In this document: positions 56,734-64,000 of the stretch, in pieces
Layout of the letters: the number at the start of each line of letters is the position of its first letter
How positions within the stretch are numbered: the first letter of the stretch is position 1
Notes under the pieces: model-generated
What the model saw: the letters and a program-made list of their open reading frames with translations, nothing else
What the model was told of the DNA's origin: nothing
Database searches by the model: none
Assembly (NCBI GenBank): GCA_043803105.1
Contig: JAZDKJ010000010.1
Span: 1-64,000 of the forward strand
Length of the DNA: 64,000 nucleotides
Direction: 5' to 3'
Source: Candidatus Woesearchaeota archaeon
GTDB taxonomy: Archaea; Nanobdellota; Nanobdellia; Woesearchaeales; JAZDKJ01
Translations under genes and position numbers: made by a program

Positions 56734-59457
56734 TCAAATTTTCTTTTGATTATTGCTAATGTATTTATCATATAGCTCAAAAAGGTATTCAACCCGTTCT
56801 AAATCAGATTTAAATGGCTTATTTCGATAACACTTATCAACTGATTTGTTTAATTTCTGGTGAGCTTGTAATAAATCTTTAGGCATAGTCAAAGGACCGT
56901 ACAAGTCTGCAAGGGATGATTTATATTTTTTTCTTATTGTTAGAACAAATTCTGCTGCCTTTTCAACTTGCTTAGATTTATCAACGGGCACATTTTCAGG
57001 CCAAGGATAATTATTATAGACCAAGTCTTTGGAGTACCTATAATCACTCTTCATTCTTCCACAAACGGATTTTACCCAAGCCATATGCATTTCAGATGTC
57101 AGCATTCCGAAATGAAATAAATTGCCATCAGGAATTAGGTGGCAGCTATTATTAGCGATGTCATTCTTTCCAAAGAAGCCAATCGGAATGTAACTTCTAG
57201 TTTCTGAAGTAGTGCTGGGAATTAAGATGTATCTTTCTGGTTGTTGTCTATCCCTAAACAGTGTTGGGGTCGCTGCAAATTTTCTCGTTGATGGGGCCTC
57301 ACTTTTTAAACGAAACTCCTTAACCATTTGAATTCGCTTCAATACTTCAGGCATTACTCGAAGTTCACTTGGGTTGGCATCAACCAACCATAAACACCAA
57401 CGTTTCTCGCCATTTAGGTATTCACGGGCAGAAATTAATGGTTTAATATAACTCAAAGCAGAAGGCTCCTTTAAAAGAAATTCTTTTTTTTCTTCATCTG
57501 AAAGCAATAAGTGACCACCATCTAAAGGCATATTACCAAACGACATTTCAGGTACGTTACAAAGAGGTTTATTCCTATCAAAAATAAACATGTTTTTTTG
57601 GTCTATTAAATATGAATTAATATTATTGGCTTTTATTTTTACTGGTTCAGAATTTGGATCTTCGTAGTCATAAATATACTTATTTTTGTCTTCGATAATT
57701 GAGAATCCAATTATTACCACATGAACATGTGCCTTCCATCTGGCATCACTGCACCACGTAAAAGTTCTATGGGCAAAATTTATCTTGACACTCTTGGTGG
57801 TCATAAGAAAATCCCACAAGATACCTACTTGTTCTCCTTGAGTGATAGAGTTGGTAGATACTAACCCAACTTTAATATTCGTATCTTTGATATACTCTGC
57901 TGTTTTGATATACCAACATGAAACATAATCTAAAAGTTTGTAATTATTGATAGACCCGCAAACCAGATCCATATCTGTTTTTTGTTCTTCATTTCGATTT
58001 TTTCTTGATATAAACGGAGGGTTTCCCAAAATGAAAATGGGCTCTCTTTTGGGAATGATCGTCTCCCAATCTAACCTCAGTGCATTCCCTATAATTATGT
58101 TTGCAGTCTTTTTTAAAGGCAACCTCTTGTAATACAAACCAAATTCTTTAGATAGTTCACGATTAACCAGGTGATCTGTAAGCCATAAACCAACTTGAGC
58201 TATCCTTGCAGGAAATTCCAATATTTCAATTCCAAACATCGAATCAACATTCAAATCATTGTCAAATACAATATTTAGAACTCTTTGATGACTGTGGCCC
58301 TTTAATTTTCTTAGTCGTAGATGAATTTTGACTTGGAGCCTTCTTAATTCTCTATAAGCTATCATTAGAAAGTTACCACAGCCGCAGGCAGGATCAAATA
58401 TTTTTATATTGCCTATGTTTTGTAACATAATTTCCAGATACCTTTTATTATTTTTGTGAGATTCAAACTCACTTATCAATCCGTCCAAGAATAGAGCATT
58501 AATAGTTTTAAGAACATTTTTTTCAGTAGTATAATGACCTCCTAGGTCGTGCCTTTCATCTTGATTCATTACAGACTGGAATAAGGAACCAAAAACTGCT
58601 GGCGAGACTCGGCTCCAATCGAAGTGGCAGCACTCTAACAAAAATGACCTGGTTTCGCTGTCAAATGCTGGAATTGGTATTCTTTCACTAAAAAGGCTCC
58701 CATCTATGTATGGGAATATTGCCAGTCCTTCATCCAAATTTTTCTGTCTTTTGTCTTCATCCGTATTAAGCACCTCAAATAAAGTAATGATATTTTGTCC
58801 TGTGTCGCTGCCATCTACACTGGTTTTTGTTTCAACAAACTCTCTAAACCGGTTTGTTTCAAAAATATCTGTATCATCAGCAAACAAGCAAAACATAAGC
58901 CTAACTAGGAAGATCTCCAAGTTATGACCTGAATATCCATTATCCTTAAGGGAGTCATGCAGCTTCCCCATTAGCTGAGCTGCCTTAATGTTTACAGGGT
59001 CTTCATTTTCATAAATAATCCTTTCATGTCCCGAAATAAAATCAAATAGCGCAATATTATCAATTAAGTTGGAAATATCAAATTCCTTATGCGTACCATC
59101 GAGCTCATTGTACAATCTAAACTTCTTGAAATCTGTAACAATAACATATTTAGGTAATTCTTCATCTGATAACCCAACAAAATAATCTAAGGCCTGACCA
59201 TATGCCTTGCTCAAATCCTTACCTGCAGATTTATGTTCTGCCACTAATTTGCCTTTCCAGAATACGTCTATATACCCGTTTCCATCAATTTTTTTGGAAG
59301 GTTCATCAAATTTGACATATCTTCGTCGGTCTATCCCAAAAACATTAAAAAATTGATTCCAAAATGTTTGAGCCTCAGCACGTTCTCTAGTCTCATCTTT
59401 CCATTCATGAGAAAACTCCACAGCTCTTTTTCTAATTTCGTTTCTAGTTATTACCAT
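56734..59457 (-). CDS. MmeI-family type IIL restriction-modification enzyme
   Basis: GYIDVFWKGKLVAEHKS nuclease, DPACGCGNF, GNPPF, STNSITQGEQ, GRMKSDYRYS. Confidence 0.9.
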   Translation of the reverse strand: MVITRNEIRKRAVEFSHEWKDETRERAEAQTFWNQFFNVFGIDRRRYVKFDEPSKKIDGNGYIDVFWKGKLVAEHKSAGKDLSKAYGQALDYFVGLSDEELPKYVIVTDFKKFRLYNELDGTHKEFDISNLIDNIALFDFISGHERIIYENEDPVNIKAAQLMGKLHDSLKDNGYSGHNLEIFLVRLMFCLFADDTDIFETNRFREFVETKTSVDGSDTGQNIITLFEVLNTDEDKRQKNLDEGLAIFPYIDGSLFSERIPIPAFDSETRSFLLECCHFDWSRVSPAVFGSLFQSVMNQDERHDLGGHYTTEKNVLKTINALFLDGLISEFESHKNNKRYLEIMLQNIGNIKIFDPACGCGNFLMIAYRELRRLQVKIHLRLRKLKGHSHQRVLNIVFDNDLNVDSMFGIEILEFPARIAQVGLWLTDHLVNRELSKEFGLYYKRLPLKKTANIIIGNALRLDWETIIPKREPIFILGNPPFISRKNRNEEQKTDMDLVCGSINNYKLLDYVSCWYIKTAEYIKDTNIKVGLVSTNSITQGEQVGILWDFLMTTKSVKINFAHRTFTWCSDARWKAHVHVVIIGFSIIEDKNKYIYDYEDPNSEPVKIKANNINSYLIDQKNMFIFDRNKPLCNVPEMSFGNMPLDGGHLLLSDEEKKEFLLKEPSALSYIKPLISAREYLNGEKRWCLWLVDANPSELRVMPEVLKRIQMVKEFRLKSEAPSTRKFAATPTLFRDRQQPERYILIPSTTSETRSYIPIGFFGKNDIANNSCHLIPDGNLFHFGMLTSEMHMAWVKSVCGRMKSDYRYSKDLVYNNYPWPENVPVDKSKQVEKAAEFVLTIRKKYKSSLADLYGPLTMPKDLLQAHQKLNKSVDKCYRNKPFKSDLERVEYLFELYDKYISNNQKKI

Positions 59458-59631
59458 CTTTTTTTTGTTTAATGAGAGACATTTGATATATAAATGTTCT
59501 TCTGACATATGGCAAAGAAGCAAAATATTTCTGGTTTTGTTTTCCGGGAAAATAAATTCAAGGCCCATGGATGTAAATAGAACTAAAGGATTCTTATGTC
59601 TTTACTCTAGAAAACCGTTGATTTTTCGGTC

Positions 59632-59661
59632 CACTGGACATTTGCACACAAGCTTTTTAAG
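59632..59661 (+). promoter_or_regulatory. CACTGGACATTT upstream element, copy 3, plus TATA (TcmP-rSAM operon)
   Basis: CACTGGACATTTgcacacaagcTTTTTAAG, then ATG at 59683. Confidence 0.6.
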
Positions 59662-59682
59662 AATGGCAGACATTATATCCCT

Positions 59683-60774
59683 ATGCAGCAGTCAAATTAC
59701 CCTTTCAAGACTTGGCCGTATGAAAAGCAGACTGAAATGAAGCATTTGGTCTTTGAAGACTATTTTGACAAATGGGTTAAGATACTAGGAAAAAATCGAA
59801 CTTTGAACTATATAGACTGCTATGGCGGCGCAGGGATCTATGAAAGAAATGGCGAGCTCTTTCCAGGTTCTCCAATCAGAGCTGCTCAGGTAATAGAGAA
59901 AAACCAACTGTCTCTCGCAAGGGATACCAGGATGGTCGTGATAGAAAAAACCAAGTCGACGATTGACAATCTGCAGAAAGCATTTGAATATTTCAAAGTT
60001 GGTATCAAACCAATTTTCATTCAGGAAGATTTTGACGTAGCTGTTAACAAACTTTTGGACTCACACCCCACTATTGCACCAACTTTCTTTTTGGTGGATC
60101 CATTTGGTTTCAAGGTTAAGTTAGCGACTATCAAAAGGATTATGCAAGTTCAAAAATCTGAGGTCTTGTTAAATTTTATGTATGATGGGATATGCAGAAA
60201 TCTTTCGGTGAAGGAAGCCAAAAAGTCCTTAACTGACCTTTTTGGGACTGAACATTGGCAAGACATTGACTTATGTAATCCAAACAAAGAGCATGAAATT
60301 GTCAGTCTTTTCCGTCAACAACTGAAAACCTTTTGTGATTATGTTTATCCCTATCGTGTGTGTCGACCAGATATGCAAGACAGAACATATTACTATTTGT
60401 TTCATCTCACAAACCATCATAAAGGATGTTCCATCATGAAGTCTTGTTTTGCCAAATATAATCTTGGCAGATTGGAATTTAACGACCAAATTAACACAAG
60501 GATGCGCAACCAGGCAACCTTATTTGATCCTAAGGAAGTAACTGCAAACACAATCGGACAGTTATTGCTTGCCAAATACAAAGGTGTTTCAAAAAGCTAT
60601 GAGGATATTATAAAAGAGTTCATTGATAGCACTCCATTCTTAGAATCAGATTTTATCAGGACAATTAAGGCACTGGAGTCCGCTGGAAAAGTTCAGGTGC
60701 TTCGGAACCCAGATTTAACTGCCAAAGGTCATAAAAGGAAAAGTATATATCCTAAAGACTCTATTTCATTTTAA
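59683..60774 (+). CDS. tcmP: Three-Cys-motif partner protein (TcmP; methyltransferase-like fold with C-terminal wHTH)
   Basis: TEMKH..FEDY, YIDCYGGAG...GSP, FFLVDPFG, EVLLNFM, YYLFHLT. Confidence 0.85.
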   Translation: MQQSNYPFKTWPYEKQTEMKHLVFEDYFDKWVKILGKNRTLNYIDCYGGAGIYERNGELFPGSPIRAAQVIEKNQLSLARDTRMVVIEKTKSTIDNLQKAFEYFKVGIKPIFIQEDFDVAVNKLLDSHPTIAPTFFLVDPFGFKVKLATIKRIMQVQKSEVLLNFMYDGICRNLSVKEAKKSLTDLFGTEHWQDIDLCNPNKEHEIVSLFRQQLKTFCDYVYPYRVCRPDMQDRTYYYLFHLTNHHKGCSIMKSCFAKYNLGRLEFNDQINTRMRNQATLFDPKEVTANTIGQLLLAKYKGVSKSYEDIIKEFIDSTPFLESDFIRTIKALESAGKVQVLRNPDLTAKGHKRKSIYPKDSISF

Positions 60775-60787
60775 AAAGAGGTAAGTC

Positions 60788-61633
60788 ATGCAACAGATAA
60801 AAAGGAAGAGTCTTCTCTACAAAAGCCAGGTTGAATACGCAGATTTCTGCATTAACCATGTTGAAGGGTGCTCGCATGGATGTACTTTTCCATGTTACGC
60901 TTTCTTGATGGCCAAACGCTTTGGTAAAGCCAAGAACTATTCTGAGTGGATTCAGCCGAAGCTTGTCTCAAATGCACTTGATCTTTTGGATAGAGAGATA
61001 CCAAAGTACCGACAAGAAATAAAGTCCGTTCATTTATGTTTCACAACTGATCCTTTTATGTACAGGCAGAAGGAAGTCGAGCAGATGACTTTGAAGATCA
61101 TTGAAAAGCTGCACAAGGATAGAATTGTCTGTACCGTCCTAACAAAAGGGGTATACCCACAGATACTCGCTAACAAAAACATATTTGGAGACAATAAGTA
61201 TGGCATCACCCTTGTTTCTTTGGATGATGGTTTCAAGAAAAGGTTTGAGCGGTACGCAGCACCGTATGATACAAGAATAGAGTCACTAAGAATGTTACAC
61301 AAGAAAGGTCTCAGCACTTGGGTTAGCATGGAACCTTATCCAACTCCAAACATCGTAACTCAAAATCTTAAGAAGGTCTTGAACAAGATATCGTTTGTGG
61401 ACAGGATTGTTTTCGGCAAACTGAATTATAATGTGACCACCAGTCTATTCGGTGAAAATAAGACTTTCTACAATGACTGCGCTGATCAGGTAGTCGATTT
61501 CTGTAAAGACAATGGCATCGAGTGGCATATAAAATATGGGACTGCAACTGAAGAATTAAGGCCGAAACTTGTTGTACCAGCAATTCAGAAAGCTGCAGAT
61601 TTGAGACCATTTTTACGTACACAACCTGTATGA
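60788..61633 (+). CDS. Radical SAM protein (SplB/Rv2578c-like)
   Basis: GCSHGCTFPCYA, FTTDPF, VLTKG, WVSMEP. Confidence 0.8.
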   Translation: MQQIKRKSLLYKSQVEYADFCINHVEGCSHGCTFPCYAFLMAKRFGKAKNYSEWIQPKLVSNALDLLDREIPKYRQEIKSVHLCFTTDPFMYRQKEVEQMTLKIIEKLHKDRIVCTVLTKGVYPQILANKNIFGDNKYGITLVSLDDGFKKRFERYAAPYDTRIESLRMLHKKGLSTWVSMEPYPTPNIVTQNLKKVLNKISFVDRIVFGKLNYNVTTSLFGENKTFYNDCADQVVDFCKDNGIEWHIKYGTATEELRPKLVVPAIQKAADLRPFLRTQPV

Positions 61634-61651
61634 TTCTGTCTCTGCTACTTA

Positions 61652-62128
61652 TTAAAAGTGGTCAGGTGTTTTTTGCTCTTCTTTGTAAGGCAGTGTATAA
61701 TAGTTCTTCTTGCTGCCGTTGATATATGCCCTAACCAACTTCCTTTTTTGAAGCTCCTTCAAGCCTATTGACACAACAGCCACATTCAAACCTGTGGCTC
61801 TTGCAATACCCCTGACATGCCTCAAGGCTTTGTGTCCTTGCACCGAGCTAAGGTACTCGATGATCTTTTTTTGAGGGTTGGAGCATTCGTTTACTAGGGC
61901 TGCGCATTGCTTGGCTAGCTCCTGATTCCATCTCTCCGTCTGCCAGCGGCTGTTCCAATCCTCTAGAACAGCAATTCTCTTCTGAAGGGCTTCCTTCTCC
62001 TGCAGCAGCCTCTCAATTCGCTGATTCTTCGCCTCGAGTGTCATGCGCAACTCGTAAGAAGTCATAAATCGCTCGGTTGGATTTTGCCTAATTATTCTTT
62101 TTTTGTGTATGTCCATTTTTCCTGACAT
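61652..62128 (-). CDS. Coiled-coil + winged-helix protein
   Basis: VRGIARATGLNVAVVSIGLKELQKRKLV. Confidence 0.6.
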   Translation of the reverse strand: MSGKMDIHKKRIIRQNPTERFMTSYELRMTLEAKNQRIERLLQEKEALQKRIAVLEDWNSRWQTERWNQELAKQCAALVNECSNPQKKIIEYLSSVQGHKALRHVRGIARATGLNVAVVSIGLKELQKRKLVRAYINGSKKNYYTLPYKEEQKTPDHF

Positions 62129-62201
62129 TCCAAAAAACAAGTGGTAGGGGACATTCACCCCTGCCAAAAAAAAATTCTAGCCCATCTTTGGTCAACGAAG
62201 T

Positions 62202-62600
62202 CTACTCTGTCGACTCTTGCTCGCCAATCAGTCTGATTGGCGTGCTTGGCTCCAGGGACAATTCCTGCATTTCTCCGTCAGAGTCTACTTTAATTCGTCC
62301 TTCATTCAGTCGCTGTCGCATGCCAACTTCTGGGACCAACTCGGCCTCTACCTCTGCCTTATTTTCGTTTACCAGCCGCTGCAGTGTCTCTTCTGATTCG
62401 TCTCCAAAGAATCTCTTGAAGTCTGTCCACGTCAATGTCCCAGCATCTGACAATTCCTTCAATTCTTCCATCTTTGTGTTGTTCTTCGCTGTCGTCGAAA
62501 TCCCTTTTCGGGCTAGACTGTGCCGGATACTGTCCGCCGGCCTCGTGTTACGCCATCCTTGCTTTCTTTCGTTTGTGTCGTGCACGTGCACCACCTCCAC
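62202..62600 (-). CDS. Hypothetical protein
   Basis: Acidic ORF directly downstream of the ParB-like gene; start uncertain. Confidence 0.45.
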   Translation of the reverse strand: MEVVHVHDTNERKQGWRNTRPADSIRHSLARKGISTTAKNNTKMEELKELSDAGTLTWTDFKRFFGDESEETLQRLVNENKAEVEAELVPEVGMRQRLNEGRIKVDSDGEMQELSLEPSTPIRLIGEQESTE

Positions 62601-62606
62601 AATTTC

Positions 62607-63530
62607 CTATGGCGCCTCATGATTCATGGGCGCCAGGATCAGGATAAAGTCAGGGCTCTCAAGCCACAGAGGATTTCCAGGCTTGGCCTTCAAAGTTATC
62701 TTTGGGTAATGTTTGGCCAGGTCAAGCAATTGCCGGAGGCTCTGAGGATCGACATTTACTGCCAGTTCCTGGTCCATATGATCTGGGCCTACCTTGTAGT
62801 CATATTGGGGTACCGGAATTTCCACTGCATCAAAATGAGCCTTTATCACCTGGTGCGCCCCAATCGTCTTTGGTATGATTCCTGCCGGCCCGATGGAGTC
62901 CGAGTACAGGAATCTATCAGGCAGCTTTTCATCAGATCCCGCTGTAACCCCTAGCTGCCATAGTTTGCCAATGTTATTGAGGCTCAATGGCATTTTCTCC
63001 GGCTTTTGTGGCTCAGACTTTACCTTCCCATCCTCTTCCCTGAAAGCTCTCTTGATGTTGTCGTACGTCTTCCCGGATATGCCAAGCACCGCTGCGACCT
63101 TGTCCCTAGTCCTGCCTTGTTCATGCGGGTCACTAAGGCCCGTTTGGTATTCCTTGCTGCGATGGTCTCCTCCTCGCTTGGCAGGGTTAATTTTTTCCAG
63201 GACTTCTCCTGCCTTAAAGATCTCATATGGAGTCAACTCTCGTCTCAAAATGTTATCTATTATCGCCTGCTCTGTCTGTTTTTCTTCTGTGTCAAGGTCA
63301 TCCCTGACAATGCACGGGATCTTTGTCATCCCCAAAGCCCTGCAGGCCCTAATCCTCTGGTGCCCGGTGATAATCACGTTCCCTATCGTGATCTCAGGGA
63401 GGTGCTGCAGTTTCCTCGCCTTAATGTCATCCTTCAGGGCAATAAACTTTTCATCTGTTAGGTCTTCAAAGATCCTCTTGCTCACTGGGTTGTCAATGAG
63501 CTCTTCTGGACTAACTTCCTTTGTTGCCAT
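62607..63530 (-). CDS. ParB/Srx N-terminal domain protein with HTH and a clamp-like C-terminal segment
   Basis: IITGHQRIRAC, DNILRRELT, RGGDHRS, TRDKVAAVLGISGKT. Confidence 0.8.
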   Translation of the reverse strand: MATKEVSPEELIDNPVSKRIFEDLTDEKFIALKDDIKARKLQHLPEITIGNVIITGHQRIRACRALGMTKIPCIVRDDLDTEEKQTEQAIIDNILRRELTPYEIFKAGEVLEKINPAKRGGDHRSKEYQTGLSDPHEQGRTRDKVAAVLGISGKTYDNIKRAFREEDGKVKSEPQKPEKMPLSLNNIGKLWQLGVTAGSDEKLPDRFLYSDSIGPAGIIPKTIGAHQVIKAHFDAVEIPVPQYDYKVGPDHMDQELAVNVDPQSLRQLLDLAKHYPKITLKAKPGNPLWLESPDFILILAPMNHEAP

Positions 63531-63796
63531 CTTCTCCCTCCAATTTCTCCAAAAATAATCTCAGCAGCTGCAACTCCTCCGGGAGCTGCTGTTCCAGCTC
63601 TTCTGGCAATTTCCTAACTTTTACCATATGAAACTATTATAGAAAGAACCTATTTAAAGATGATATCCATTTTTTACCATAAAATGGGTAGAAAAAGTAT
63701 ATATTCGCCGTATAGAATATTTCTATGCATTAATTTATTGTAATATTATCCCTAACTATATAAATATTTTTATAGTGCAGCAGTTTACTTCTCCAT

Positions 63797-64000
63797 ATGG
63801 CCTCTGATGAAAGGAAGAACGATACGGCAAGGCAAGAGAGATACGACGTAAATCTTACAGACACCCAGCTGAAGATTGTGATTAATATGTTGAATTATGC
63901 AGACGCATGGAAATCAACGCCGGCTAGGAACGGTCGCACCTGGGATCAGCTCCTGCGCAGCTACAAAAATGTTGAACTGGAATTCCTGCCAGGTGATGGC
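63797..64000 (+). CDS. Hypothetical protein, N-terminal part (runs off the window edge)
   Basis: ATG at 63797 after TATA-like TTTTTATA; open to the end (MASDERKNDTARQ...). Confidence 0.5.
   Translation, partial: MASDERKNDTARQERYDVNLTDTQLKIVINMLNYADAWKSTPARNGRTWDQLLRSYKNVELEFLPGDG

Larger units (their letters stand above)
28732..64000. mobile_element. Integrated element/genomic island at tRNA-Ser (right end not seen)
   Basis: Integrase immediately downstream of the tRNA; no core genes after it; defence genes, ParB-like gene, small ORFans and patchy AT content. Confidence 0.65.

Noticed and set aside
62875-63558. 227-aa plus-strand ORF
   Set aside because: Antisense shadow of the ParB-like gene.
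1-64000. CRISPR array or cas operon, suggested by the Csa3-like CARF gene
   Set aside because: I saw no regularly spaced repeats and no cas1/cas3/cas7/cas10 motifs.
28732-64000. attR copy of the tRNA-Ser 3' end (TCCCAGCCTCGGCG)
   Set aside because: Not found by eye; only short partial matches such as GTCCCAGC near 62437, inside an ORF.

Overview
Archaeal DNA, most consistent with a DPANN (Woesearchaeota-like) genome. This is inferred from BRE/TATA promoters, BHB-type multi-intron tRNAs without encoded CCA, and class III pilins starting AQAAMEFLMTYGWAIL. Positions 1-28.7 kb look like core genome: tRNA-Asn with 3 introns followed by a LAGLIDADG endonuclease gene, PlsX, tRNA-Ile, an N-truncated Hel308, PRPP synthetase, a PyrD-PyrK fusion, a type IV pilus locus with a VWA adhesin, two MNT-HEPN pairs, MEMO and UbiA. 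From tRNA-Ser (28.6 kb) to the end lies a tyrosine-integrase-associated island. It carries an AbiJ-like gene, a giant S8 protease, a leftward run of small ORFs and ATPases, a CARF-wHTH regulator heading a nuclease/helicase defence array, an MmeI-type R-M enzyme, TcmP plus radical SAM, and a ParB-like gene. Main observations: (1) all three tRNA genes are intron-containing and each has a duplicated terminus, and one duplication brackets a free-standing LAGLIDADG gene; (2) the 12-mer CACTGGACATTT lies just upstream of the TATA box of three unlinked DNA-related genes; (3) a transposase-less cassette with terminal inverted repeats and a target-site duplication carries a lipoprotein gene; (4) several candidate uncharacterised defence modules. 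All calls were made by eye, with no database search.
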